Source: an uncultured beta proteobacterium (GTDB lineage: Bacteria; Pseudomonadota; Gammaproteobacteria; Burkholderiales; Burkholderiaceae_C). From it: a stretch of DNA of 48,442 nucleotides. Position numbers and translations under genes: made by a program. Below are positions 1-9,973 of the stretch, one piece after another. The first letter of the stretch is position 1; the number at the start of each line of letters is the position of its first letter. The notes beneath the pieces are model-generated. The model searched no databases and had not been told where the DNA came from. It worked only from the letters and a program-made list of their open reading frames with translations. The stretch is taken from the NCBI GenBank assembly GCA_903929815.1, contig CAIYWD010000260.1, positions 1 to 48,442 of the forward strand. The letters run 5' to 3'.

Positions 1-89
1 ATGTTGACAGGGCTTGTCATCGCCTGAATGGCCAGATCGATGCGTTGATCAGGTAGAAGTTGGGATGCCGGGAAAGTCGTTGGTGTCAT
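1..89 (-). mobile_element. 5' end of a putative transposase-like gene running off the left edge of the window
   Basis: Minus-strand ATG at 89 reads MTPTTFPASQLLPDQRIDLAIQAMTSPVN..., resembling the HTH-bearing N-terminus of unclassified DDE transposases; a sequence similar to the family-D TIR lies upstream (163-179). Only 29 codons visible. Confidence 0.35.
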
Positions 90-556
90 GCCGATATGCT
101 GCTAAAAATGAAAAGCAGCAAGTATCAGTAAGTTCACCGGGTGAACATTTGCCTGAGTCAACCATCAGCGTTGAAACGCGGGTAAAGTGTTACCCCTATT
201 TGAACCATGCCTGCGATGCCATTAGTAACGCGCTGTTTGATTGAGAAGCCAAGCCCATTTCGATCATTTTTGATTCTTTTTATAGATGCAAATTTACATG
301 TCTGACATTCATCGCAACTTTCGGCAAATTTGCCGGCGGTTGTCTCATCGGATAATCAGCCAGATATTCGCAATAACCGCAGGAAAGAAAGTGGGCGATA
401 CCTCGTGTTTACCCCAATAAATCAAAGACATATATCGACCACACGCGACCAGGCATGGACGGTAATGGTTGAACACGTTACCGCTTGCCCGCCCATACGA
501 CCACCCAATCATCGTAAAAGCCAAGGCCATCCATTTGGCAAATATGGACTGAATTG

Positions 557-3500
557 ATGACAGCATCAGAACAACACATCGAACAAGCGCTGATCGAAAA
601 ACTGGGCGACTTGAAATACACCTTTCGCCCCGACATTCGCGACCGCGCCGCGCTGGAAGCAAACTTCCGCCAGCACTTCGAGACATTGAACCGCGTTAAA
701 TTGACTGACAGTGAGTTCCAGCGCCTACTGGAATCCATCATTTCCCCTGATGTATTCACCGCCGCACGCAGCTTGCGCAGCATCGACAGCTTCACTCGCG
801 ACGACGGCACGCCGCTCAATTACACCTTGGTCAATACCCGGGACTGGTGCAAAAACAGCTTCGAGGCCATCAACCAACTGCGCATCAACACAGACAACAG
901 CCACCATCGTTACGATGTCATTCTCCTTATCAACGGCGTGCCTGTCGTGCAAATCGAGCTGAAGACTCTCGGCATCAATCCGCGCAGGGCCATGGAGCAG
1001 ATCGTTGATTACAAAAACGACCCCGGCAACGGCTACACCCGCACGCTCCTTTGCTTCATCCAGCTCTTCATCGTCAGCAATCAGGGCAGCACTTACTACT
1101 TCGCCAACAACAACGCCCGCCACTTCGCCTTCAACGCCGAGGAGCGTTTCCTGCCCATTTATCAGTTCGCAGATGAGGCCAACAAAAAGATCGCCCACCT
1201 CGACGACTTCGCGGAAAGCTTCCTCGTCAAATGCACCCTGGGCCAGATGATCAGCCGCTACATGGTGCTCATCGCCAGCGAACAGAAGCTGATGATGATG
1301 CGCCCGTATCAGATCTATGCCGCCCGGGCCATCGTGGACTGTATCCACCAGAACTGCGGCAACGGCTACATCTGGCACACCACTGGCAGTGGCAAAACGC
1401 TGACATCCTTCAAGGCATCCACGCTGCTAAAGGACAACCCCGACATCGAGAAATGTCTCTTCGTCGTGGACCGCAAAGACCTGGACCGGCAGACGCGCGA
1501 GGAGTTCAACAAATTCCAGGAAGGCTGCGTGGAGAAAAACACCAACACCGGAATCCTCGTCAGTCGTCTCCTTTCCGACGACTACGCCGACAAGGTCATC
1601 GTGACTACCATTCAGAAGCTCGGCCTTGCGCTGGATGAAAACAGCAAGCGCAACAAGCAGCAAAGGATGGATGGAAAATCCACTTACAAAGAGCAGTTGG
1701 AACCGCTTCAGGGCAAACGCATCGTCTTCATCTTCGACGAGTGCCACCGCTCACAGTTCGGCGAGAACCACAAGGCCATCAAGGAATTCTTCCCGCAGGC
1801 CCAGCTCTTTGGCTTCACCGGCACCCCCATCTTTGAGGTGAACTCGACTTCCAAGCAGTTTGAAGGGGAGGTGGGGCAATTCAAGACCACGGTGGACATT
1901 TTCCAAAAGCAGCTCCACGCCTACACCATCACCCACGCCATCGAGGACGCAAACGTCCTGCGCTTCCATGTGGACTACTTCAAGCCCGAGGGAAAAGGCG
2001 CTCCCAAGCCCGGCGAGAGCCTCGCCAAACGCGCCATTGTTGACGCCATTCTGGCCAAGCACGATACCGCCACTGGCGGGCGTCGGTTCAATGCACTGCT
2101 TGCCACCACCTCCATCAATGACGCCATCGAATACCACGCCCTTTTCAAGACCCTTCAGGCCGAGAAACAGGCCGCCGACCTTGACTTCCAGCCGCTGAAT
2201 ATCGCTTGCGTCTTCTCCCCGCCCGCCGAGGGCGACAAGGATGTGCAGCAGATTCAGGAAGATCTGCCGCAGGAAAAGGAGGACAACGCCGTCGAGCCTG
2301 AGAAGAAAAAAGAAGCCCTCAAGGCCATCCTCGCCGACTACAACGCGCGCTTTGGCTCCAATCACACGGTGGCTGAGTTCGATCTCTACTATCAGGATGT
2401 GCAAAAGCGCATCAAGGACCAGCAATGGCCCAACGCCGACCTGCCCCATGCGCAGAAAATCGATATCACCATCGTGGTGGACATGCTGCTGACCGGCTTC
2501 GATTCCAAATACCTGAACACGCTTTATGTGGACAAGAACCTCAAGCATCACGGTTTGATCCAGGCCTTCTCCCGCACCAACCGCGTGCTCAATGGCACGA
2601 AGCCCTACGGCAATATCCTCGACTTTCGCCAGCAGCAGGATGCCGTGGATGCCGCCATCGCTCTCTTCTCGGGGGAAAGTTCCGTGCCCAAAGCCCGCGA
2701 AATCTGGCTCGTGGACAAAGCCCCCGTGGTCATCGGAAAGCTGCAATGCGCGGTTCAGAAGCTGGACGCCTTTATGAAATCCCAGGGCCTGGCCTGCGCT
2801 CCGGAAGCCGTGCCCAACCTCAAGGGCGACGACGCCCGCGCCGCCTTCATCAACCATTTCAAGGAAGTGCAGCGGCTCAAGACCCAGCTTGACCAATACA
2901 CTGACCTCTCCGACGACAACGCCGCCACCATCGAGCAAATTCTGCCAAAGGAAAACCTGCTCGGCTTCCGTGGCGCGTACCTGGAGACCGCCCAGCGCCT
3001 CAAAGCCCAGCAGGGCAAAGGCATCCACAAGCCCAGCTCAGATATTGACCAGTTGGATTTTGAGTTCGTTCTGTTTGCTTCCGCCGTCATTGATTACGAC
3101 TACATCATGGGACTCATCGCCCGCTTCACCGAGCAGACACCGGGCAAGCAGAAGATGAGCCGCGAGCAGCTCGTCGGCCTGATTCAGTCCGATGCCAAGT
3201 TCATGGACGAGCGCGAGGACATCAGCGCTTACATTGCCACCCTGAAGGCGGGCGAAGCCCTTAGCGAAGAGACCATCCGCGAGGGCTACCGGCGCTTCAA
3301 AGCCGAGAAACAGTCCCACGAACTCGCCGACCTCGCCAAGGGTCACGGACTCGAAACCCCTGCCCTGCAAGCCTTTGTGGACGGTATCCTCTTGCGCATG
3401 ATTTTTGATGGCGAGCGTTTAAGCGACCTCATGGCCCCGCTGGGCCTGGGCTGGAAGACCCGTGCCCAAAAGGAACTCGCCCTGATGGACGAACTCACCC

Positions 3501-3562
3501 CGCTCCTGCGCCAACGCGCCCAAGGCCGCGACATCTCGGGACTCAGTGCGTATGAGCAATAA
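557..3562 (+). CDS. hsdR: Type I restriction enzyme subunit R
   Basis: ~1000 aa; nuclease motif DVILLINGVPVVQIELK, Walker A HTTGSGKT, DECHRS box, FGFTGTP, MLLTGFD, QAFSRTNR helicase motifs. Confidence 0.97.
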   Translation: MTASEQHIEQALIEKLGDLKYTFRPDIRDRAALEANFRQHFETLNRVKLTDSEFQRLLESIISPDVFTAARSLRSIDSFTRDDGTPLNYTLVNTRDWCKNSFEAINQLRINTDNSHHRYDVILLINGVPVVQIELKTLGINPRRAMEQIVDYKNDPGNGYTRTLLCFIQLFIVSNQGSTYYFANNNARHFAFNAEERFLPIYQFADEANKKIAHLDDFAESFLVKCTLGQMISRYMVLIASEQKLMMMRPYQIYAARAIVDCIHQNCGNGYIWHTTGSGKTLTSFKASTLLKDNPDIEKCLFVVDRKDLDRQTREEFNKFQEGCVEKNTNTGILVSRLLSDDYADKVIVTTIQKLGLALDENSKRNKQQRMDGKSTYKEQLEPLQGKRIVFIFDECHRSQFGENHKAIKEFFPQAQLFGFTGTPIFEVNSTSKQFEGEVGQFKTTVDIFQKQLHAYTITHAIEDANVLRFHVDYFKPEGKGAPKPGESLAKRAIVDAILAKHDTATGGRRFNALLATTSINDAIEYHALFKTLQAEKQAADLDFQPLNIACVFSPPAEGDKDVQQIQEDLPQEKEDNAVEPEKKKEALKAILADYNARFGSNHTVAEFDLYYQDVQKRIKDQQWPNADLPHAQKIDITIVVDMLLTGFDSKYLNTLYVDKNLKHHGLIQAFSRTNRVLNGTKPYGNILDFRQQQDAVDAAIALFSGESSVPKAREIWLVDKAPVVIGKLQCAVQKLDAFMKSQGLACAPEAVPNLKGDDARAAFINHFKEVQRLKTQLDQYTDLSDDNAATIEQILPKENLLGFRGAYLETAQRLKAQQGKGIHKPSSDIDQLDFEFVLFASAVIDYDYIMGLIARFTEQTPGKQKMSREQLVGLIQSDAKFMDEREDISAYIATLKAGEALSEETIREGYRRFKAEKQSHELADLAKGHGLETPALQAFVDGILLRMIFDGERLSDLMAPLGLGWKTRAQKELALMDELTPLLRQRAQGRDISGLSAYEQ

Positions 3563-4565
3563 GCCTGTACCGGACTACGCCCAAGACTTTGCCGAGATGC
3601 TGGGACACATCCAGCAAACGCGGCAGCGCGTTTTTGCGCAGGCCAACACGGCCTTGATCGACCTCTATTGGCGTATTGGGCAAACCCTCAGCCACAAGAT
3701 AGCTCAGAGTGGCTGGGGCAAAGGGGTGGTGACCGAGCTGGCGCACTACATTGCGCAGGCCGACCCCAGCATCAAGGGCTTCAGCGACAAAAACCTGTGG
3801 CGCATGAAACAGTTTTATGAAGCCTACTGCGAGGAAGAAAAACTCTCACCACTGGTGAGAGAATTGCCGTGGTCACATAATCTTGTCATTTTTTCCCGCT
3901 GCAAAACAGCGCAAGAGCGTCAGTTTTACTTGGTCATGGCCGCAAAGGAAAAGCTCACTTTTCGTGAGCTGGACAGGCAAATCAGTTCCAGCTTCTTCGA
4001 GCGAACGACTGTGGCCCCGACAAAACTCTCAACAGTGTTGAGAGAAATTCACCCCAGTATCGGCAAAGCCTTCAAAGACCGCTACGTGCTCGAATTCCTG
4101 GGCCTGCCCGAGCCGCACAGCGAAAACGATCTCAAACGCGCACTGGTGCAGCACATAAAAGCCTTTGTGCTGGAGCTGGGCAAAGACTTCTTGTTTGTCG
4201 GCGAAGAATATCGCCTGCAAGTGGGCAACCAGGACTTTTTCATTGACCTGCTTTTTTACCATCGGGGCCTGTCGGCACTGGTAGCGTTTGAGCTGAAAGT
4301 GGGCCAGTTCAAGCCCGAACACATGGGCCAGCTCAATTTTTATCTGGAAGCGCTAGACCGCGACGTGAAAAAACCGCACGAGAACCCCAGCATCGGTGTG
4401 CTGCTGTGCCGCGACAAGGACGACGAAGTGGTGGAATACGCCCTCTCGCGCAACCTGTCACCCGCACTGGTGGCGCAATACCAATTGCAATTGCCCGACA
4501 AAAAACTGATTGCGGCCAAGTTGCATGAGCTGCTGGCGCTGCACGAAGGGGTGGGCGATGAGTAA
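3552..4565 (+). CDS. DUF1016/YhcG family PD-(D/E)XK nuclease (copy 1)
   Basis: LYWRIG...GWGKGVV, GFSDKNLWRMKQFY, LPWSHN, KDRYVLEFL, FIDLLFYHRGL...FELK, GQLNFY, SIGVLLC; start overlaps the hsdR stop. Confidence 0.92.
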   Translation: MSNKPVPDYAQDFAEMLGHIQQTRQRVFAQANTALIDLYWRIGQTLSHKIAQSGWGKGVVTELAHYIAQADPSIKGFSDKNLWRMKQFYEAYCEEEKLSPLVRELPWSHNLVIFSRCKTAQERQFYLVMAAKEKLTFRELDRQISSSFFERTTVAPTKLSTVLREIHPSIGKAFKDRYVLEFLGLPEPHSENDLKRALVQHIKAFVLELGKDFLFVGEEYRLQVGNQDFFIDLLFYHRGLSALVAFELKVGQFKPEHMGQLNFYLEALDRDVKKPHENPSIGVLLCRDKDDEVVEYALSRNLSPALVAQYQLQLPDKKLIAAKLHELLALHEGVGDE

Positions 4566-5688
4566 GGAGAAAACCAAAGGAGCGACACCACAGAACACAG
4601 CCCGCCTTTCCCGTGGCCGCACCCGTCCCGATGCCATCTTTCCGGTCGCGCCGGCGACCGCGTCGCTGCCACAGAGCTACGCCGCTACGCTGCAGGAAAT
4701 CAAGACCCATCTCCGCAGCGCTCGCATTCGGGCCGTGCTGGCGGCCAATCCCATCGTCATCGAAGCCTATTGGCACACGGGGAACATCATCCTCGCCCGC
4801 CAGCAGGAAGCCGCTTGGGGGGCCAAAGTCATTGATCGCCTTGCCGCTGATCTTCAGGAAGCCTTTCCTGACATGGGTGGCCTGTCTGTGCGTAACCTTC
4901 TGGCGATGAAGATATTTGCCCGCGAGTTCCCTTTTGATCCAATTGCGCAACAAGCTGTTGCGCAATTGCCTTGGGGCCATGTTCTTCAGATCATGCAGCG
5001 CCTCAAAGACCCCGCCTTCCGTGACTTCTACATCCGCCAGTGCCTGGCCGAAGGCTGGAGCCGTAGCATTCTGGAAATGCAAATTCAGAACCAGCTCCAC
5101 CTGCGCTCTGGCAAGGCTCAGAACAACTTTGCACTTACCATGCCGCCAGCCGAGTCCGACATGGCGGCGCAACTGTTCAAAGACCCCTACCTCTTCGACT
5201 TTCTGGGCACCGCCGACCCACGCCGTGAGGCCGAGGTGGAGCAGGCGTTGACCGATCACATCCAAAAGTTTCTGCTGGAGTTGGGCACGGGCTTTGCGTT
5301 TGTGGGGCGGCAGGTTCGTTTGGAAGTAGGCGGGCAAGACTACCCGCTCGACCTCCTTTTCTATCACCTCAAGCTGCGCCGCTACGTCGTCATTGAACTC
5401 AAAGCCCGAGCCTTCACCCCCGGCGACGTGGGCCAGCTCAACCTCTACCTCTCCGCCGTGGACGACCTCCTGCGCCACCCTGACGACCAGTCCACCATCG
5501 GCCTGCTGCTCTGCCGAAAAAAGAACAAGCTCGTCGCCGAGTATGCTTTGCGCGGGCTTGACCAATCCATCGCCGTCGCAGCCTGGCAGACCCAGCTCAC
5601 CGAAACCCTGCCCGACGATTTACGCAGCAGCCTGCCCAGCATCGACGAAATCGAAGCTGAACTGGCCAACGAAACCCCGCCTGTATGA
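4558..5688 (+). CDS. DUF1016/YhcG family PD-(D/E)XK nuclease (copy 2, divergent paralog)
   Basis: AYWHTG...AWGAKVI, LPWGH, KDPYLFDFL, DLLFYHLKLRRYVVIELK, GQLNLY, TIGLLLC; ATG 4558 overlaps the previous stop. Confidence 0.92.
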   Translation: MSKEKTKGATPQNTARLSRGRTRPDAIFPVAPATASLPQSYAATLQEIKTHLRSARIRAVLAANPIVIEAYWHTGNIILARQQEAAWGAKVIDRLAADLQEAFPDMGGLSVRNLLAMKIFAREFPFDPIAQQAVAQLPWGHVLQIMQRLKDPAFRDFYIRQCLAEGWSRSILEMQIQNQLHLRSGKAQNNFALTMPPAESDMAAQLFKDPYLFDFLGTADPRREAEVEQALTDHIQKFLLELGTGFAFVGRQVRLEVGGQDYPLDLLFYHLKLRRYVVIELKARAFTPGDVGQLNLYLSAVDDLLRHPDDQSTIGLLLCRKKNKLVAEYALRGLDQSIAVAAWQTQLTETLPDDLRSSLPSIDEIEAELANETPPV

Positions 5689-7086
5689 GCCATAAGCCAA
5701 ATTTAACGACCCCGAAGCCCGACGGCAAACCCGCGCTGGTTCCCAAGCTGCGCTTTCCGGAGTTTCGGAATGCGGAGGGGTGGGACACCACGCCCGGCGA
5801 TGAGTTGTTCGAGCAGATTAACAACCGCCAAGCACCCGCTGGGCTTCCGATTCTCGCCATCACACAAGAGCACGGAGCCATTCCACGCGACCTAATCGAC
5901 TATCACGTCTCGGTCACTGATAAGAGCGTCGAAACCTATAAGGAGGTTCTACCCGGAGATTTAATTATCAGCCTTAGATCCTTCCAAGGGGGTATCGAAT
6001 ATTCAGATTACCACGGCATTTGCAGTCAAGCCTATGTCATTCTTCGCAAAAGACCCGAGCTGTCTGACTTGTTCTTCAAGCAACACTTCAAGTCGCACAG
6101 CTTTAGGTATGCACCACTTATTGTTGCTCCAAAAAATTATAGCTAATTGTCAAAAAATCAGTCAGTTACGATGTGTTATTGGAGTAATAATAAGTGGGAC
6201 ATCCCTTATTCAGCAGTTAACGAAAAATCTCGAAGGTCTTCGAGATGGAAAAATGGTCAGTTACAAACAGTTTTCCGAACTGCTGCTGCTGAATCCCTCT
6301 CCACTCGAACAACAAAAAATCGCCGAGTGCCTGGGCTCCGTCGATGAGCTGATTGCGGCCCAAGCCCGAAAACTGGACGCGCTCAAGACACATAAAAAGG
6401 GGCTAATGCAGCAGCTTTTTCCCCGCGAAGGCGAAACCCAACCCCGCCTCCGTTTCCCCGAATTCCAAAATGCAGGGAAGTGGGAGGCAAGTCCGCTAAT
6501 TGGATTGAGCAGCGTAGGGCTACGTAACGGAGTTTTCAATGATCCGAAGAAAGTCGGCACCGGTTTCAAGCTGATCAACGTCTCGGACATGTATATCGAC
6601 ACAACGATAGATGAAGGGCGCTTGTCACTACTCGAACTCGCACTTTCCGACTTCGAAGCGAACCAAGTAATACACGGAGACATCTTTTTCACTCGCTCGT
6701 CTTTGGTTAAGTCCGGCATCGCTGTATCGAACATTTATCTCGGAAGCTCGAGTGATGTGACTTTTGATGGCCATCTAATCAGGTTCAGGACCAACACCAG
6801 CAAGGTGATCCCGTTGTTTACTCACTATCTTTTCAAGACAGCACCAATACGTGCGCAGCTCATCGCCCGAGGAAAGACAGCAACGATGACCACAATCGGC
6901 CAAGCAGACGTTTCGAGCGTAATACTGTTCTATCCTGAGCGGAAAGAACAACAACGCATAGCCGACTGCCTCACCACCCTCGACGACCTCATCGCCGCGC
7001 AAACCCAAAAGCTCGAAGCCCTCAAAACCCACAAGAAAGGGCTGATGCAACAGCTTTTTCCATCTCCTCAGGAGGTTGAAACATGA
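5685..7086 (+). pseudogene. hsdS: Type I RM specificity subunit, interrupted by MITE-A
   Basis: Repeated conserved blocks PKLRFPEF/PRLRFPEF and EQQKIAECL..KTHKKGLMQQLFP/EQQRIADCL..KTHKKGLMQQLFP. Removing 6106-6208 (103 bp) restores a single 432-aa frame (...HFKSHSFIQQLTKNLEG...). Confidence 0.93.
6106..6205. mobile_element. MITE family A, 100 bp, TTA target duplication
   Basis: 27-bp imperfect TIRs (GGTATGCACCACTTATTGTTGCTCCAA / GGGATGTCCCACTTATTATTACTCCAA); TTA at 6103-6105 and 6206-6208; near-identical copy at 48072-48171. Confidence 0.95.
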
Positions 7087-8093
7087 GCAACCTTATCCTC
7101 TACACCACCGAAGACGGCAGGAGCCAAATCAAGCTCCGCACGGAGAATCAGACCGTCTGGCTGACTCAGTTGGAAATGGCTGAACTCTTCGATGCCACGA
7201 AGCAGAACATCTCGCTGCACCTGAAGAACCTTTTCGAGGACGGGGAGCTGGACCCGGCGGCAACTGTCAAGGAATCCTTGACAGTTCAAGCCGAGGGCGA
7301 CCGCGACGTGCAGCGCCAGGTCATGCTCTACAACCTGGAGGCCATTCTGGCCGTGGGCTACCGTGTGCGCTCGTCCCGTGGCGTACAGTTCCGCCGCTGG
7401 GCATCCTCTGTTTTGAAAGAATATCTGCTCAAGGGCTTCGCCATGGACGATGAGCGGCTGAAGAACCCCGATGGCCGCCCCGATCACTTCGACGAGATGC
7501 TGGAGCGCATCCGGGACATCCGAGCTTCCGAGAAGCGCTTCTACCAGAAGGTGCGCGACCTGTTTGCCTTGAGCAGCGACTATGACAAGACGGACCAAGC
7601 CACGCAGGTCTTCTTCGCCACAGTGCAGAACATCCTTCTCTACGCCGTCACCCAAAAAACTGCCGCTGAACTGATTAGCGCACGTGCCAACCACAACGAT
7701 CCGAATTTTGGTCTCTTGCACTGGAAGGGAGCGAAAGTGCGCAAAGAAGATATCCTGACCGCCAAGAACTACCTGACCGAGGACGAGATTGATACCCTCA
7801 ACCGCCTAGTGGTGATTTTCCTGGAAACGGCGGAACTACGGGCCAAGAGTAAGCAGGAAACCCGCATGAGTTTCTGGAAGGGCAACGTGGACCAGATCAT
7901 CACCTCTAACGGCTTCCCGCTGCTCGCCCATGCGGGCTCGATCAGTCATGGGCAAATGGAGAGCAAGACGAACGCCCTCTATCTCGACTACGACCAGCGC
8001 CGCAAACAACAAGAAGTGCTGCAAGCAGACCAGCAGGACGAGGCCGAGCTCAAAGCCATCGAAAACAAAATCAAACGACGCCCGAAGACATGA
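7083..8093 (+). CDS. rhuM: RhuM family (virulence RhuM / putative DNA-binding) protein
   Basis: TVWLTQLEMAELF, NISLHLKNLFEDGEL, YNLEAILAVGYRVRSSRGVQFRRWA, KGFAMDDERLK, ERIRDIRASEKRFYQKV; ATGA overlaps at both ends. Confidence 0.9.
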   Translation: MSNLILYTTEDGRSQIKLRTENQTVWLTQLEMAELFDATKQNISLHLKNLFEDGELDPAATVKESLTVQAEGDRDVQRQVMLYNLEAILAVGYRVRSSRGVQFRRWASSVLKEYLLKGFAMDDERLKNPDGRPDHFDEMLERIRDIRASEKRFYQKVRDLFALSSDYDKTDQATQVFFATVQNILLYAVTQKTAAELISARANHNDPNFGLLHWKGAKVRKEDILTAKNYLTEDEIDTLNRLVVIFLETAELRAKSKQETRMSFWKGNVDQIITSNGFPLLAHAGSISHGQMESKTNALYLDYDQRRKQQEVLQADQQDEAELKAIENKIKRRPKT

Positions 8094-9718
8094 CCGACCA
8101 AAACCAAACCCAACTGGGCAAAACCCTCTGGAACATCGCCGACCAATTGCGTGGCGCGATGGACGCAGACGATTTCCGCGACTACATGCTGTCGTTCCTG
8201 TTCCTGCGCTACCTCTCGGACAACTACGTGGCGGCGGTCCAGCGCGAATTGGGCACGGACTATCCAAAGCTAGAAGCTGATGGCCGCCGCGTGCCTCTCG
8301 CCCTTTGGTATGCGAACAACCCCGATGATGTCGCCGAGTTTGAAAAACAGATGCGGCGCAAGGTGCATTACGTCATCAAGCCGCAATACCTCTGGACAAG
8401 CATCGCCAACATGGCCCGGCGGCAAGACGGGGAACTGCTGGGCACCCTGCAAGCGGGCTTCAAATACATCGAGAACGACTCCTTTCAAAGCACCTTCCAA
8501 GGGCTGTTCTCAGAGATTGATCTGGCCTCCCATAAGCTGGGCAAGACCTATGCCGACCGTAACGCAAAGCTCTGCACCATCCTCCAAAAGCTCGCAGAGG
8601 GCTTGGCCGAATTCTCCACCGACATTGATGCGCTTGGCGATGCCTACGAATACCTGATCGGCCAGTTCGCCGCCGGTTCCGGCAAGAAGGCGGGCGAGTT
8701 CTACACCCCGCAGCAGATTTCCGACATTCTCTCGGCCATCGTCACGCTCGACAGCCAGGAACCCGCCACCGGCAAGAAGCAACGACTAGAGAAAGTCCTC
8801 GACTTTGCCTGCGGCTCTGGCTCCCTGCTCCTCAACGTGCGAAAGCGCATGGGAGCACAACGGGATGGGAGCATCGGCAAAATTTATGGGCAGGAAAAGA
8901 ACATCACCACCTACAACCTCGCCCGCATGAACATGCTGCTGCATGGGGTGAAGGATTCGGAGTTCGAGATTTACCACGGCGACACCCTGACCAACGATTG
9001 GGATCTGCTGCGCGAACTCAACCCCGCCAGGAAGCCCTACTTCGACGCCATCGTCGCCAATCCGCCCTTCAGCTACCGGTGGGACCCCACCGACGCGATG
9101 GGCGATGATGTGCGTTTCAAAAACCACGGCCTTGCCCCCAAATCCGCCGCCGATTTTGCCTTCCTCCTGCACGGCTTCCACTTCCTGAAAGACGAAGGCG
9201 TGATGGCCATCATCCTGCCCCACGGCGTGCTCTTTCGTGGCGGCGCGGAGGAGCGCATCCGCACCAAACTGCTCAAGGACGGTCATATCGACACCGTCAT
9301 CGGCCTGCCCGCCAATCTGTTTTACTCCACGGGCATTCCGGTCTGCATCCTCGTGCTCAAGAAGTGCAAGAAACCGGACAACGTGCTCTTCATTAACGCC
9401 AGCGGTCCGGAAAACTTCGAGAAAGGCAAACGCCAGAACCGCCTCAAAGATGAGCACATCACCAAGATCATCGACACCTACCAATTCAGGAAGGAAGAAG
9501 AGCGCTATTCCAGGCGAGTTTCAATGGAGCGAATTGCCGAGGAAGGATTCAACCTGAATATCTCTCGCTACATCAGCACGGCGGTCACTGAGGAGGAGAT
9601 TGTTCTGGAGGATACCCATGCCGAACTGGTCAGAATTGAGGCGGACATCCGAAAGGCCACGCTCAAACACAATGAATTCCTGAAAGAACTGGGCAAGCCG
9701 TTGTTGCCGGTTGAATGA
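8090..9718 (+). CDS. hsdM: Type I RM m6A methyltransferase subunit M
   Basis: LWNIADQLRG, GDAYEYLIGQFA, GEFYTP, motif I LDFACGSGSLL, motif IV ANPPF, ILPHGVLFRGG. Confidence 0.97.
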   Translation: MTDQNQTQLGKTLWNIADQLRGAMDADDFRDYMLSFLFLRYLSDNYVAAVQRELGTDYPKLEADGRRVPLALWYANNPDDVAEFEKQMRRKVHYVIKPQYLWTSIANMARRQDGELLGTLQAGFKYIENDSFQSTFQGLFSEIDLASHKLGKTYADRNAKLCTILQKLAEGLAEFSTDIDALGDAYEYLIGQFAAGSGKKAGEFYTPQQISDILSAIVTLDSQEPATGKKQRLEKVLDFACGSGSLLLNVRKRMGAQRDGSIGKIYGQEKNITTYNLARMNMLLHGVKDSEFEIYHGDTLTNDWDLLRELNPARKPYFDAIVANPPFSYRWDPTDAMGDDVRFKNHGLAPKSAADFAFLLHGFHFLKDEGVMAIILPHGVLFRGGAEERIRTKLLKDGHIDTVIGLPANLFYSTGIPVCILVLKKCKKPDNVLFINASGPENFEKGKRQNRLKDEHITKIIDTYQFRKEEERYSRRVSMERIAEEGFNLNISRYISTAVTEEEIVLEDTHAELVRIEADIRKATLKHNEFLKELGKPLLPVE

Positions 9719-9739
9719 CGCTGGCGGACTGACATCCAT

Positions 9740-9904
9740 GTGCAAGCGCAGCAGTCCACGAAAAACGAGTTCTCACTTGTCCGTTTATCAGCGGCTGAAT
9801 ATCTGACCTTTATTGCGTCCAGCGGCCAGGGTGGCATCGATGCGGTGTATGCCGATGCAAATGTCTGGCTCACCCAGAAAATGATGGGACTGCTTTATGA
9901 CGTT
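9740..9904 (+). pseudogene. N-terminal fragment of a second RhuM-family gene
   Basis: SAAEYLTFIASSGQGGIDAVYADANVWLTQKMMGLLYDV matches the RhuM N-terminus; similarity stops at ~9904. Confidence 0.7.
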
Positions 9905-9973
9905 GCAAAAATGATAGCGCACAACGCAAGCTGGGCGTGCGTTAGAGGCCGATTTGTTATACAAAAAACCCAC

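Noticed and set aside
200-556. Possible gene remnant upstream of hsdR
   Set aside because: Short frames only; no family recognised.
9915-9950. GCACAAC...GTTAGAGGC as an attC site at the RM island end
   Set aside because: Only ~30 bp, too short and lacking L boxes; at most a fragment.
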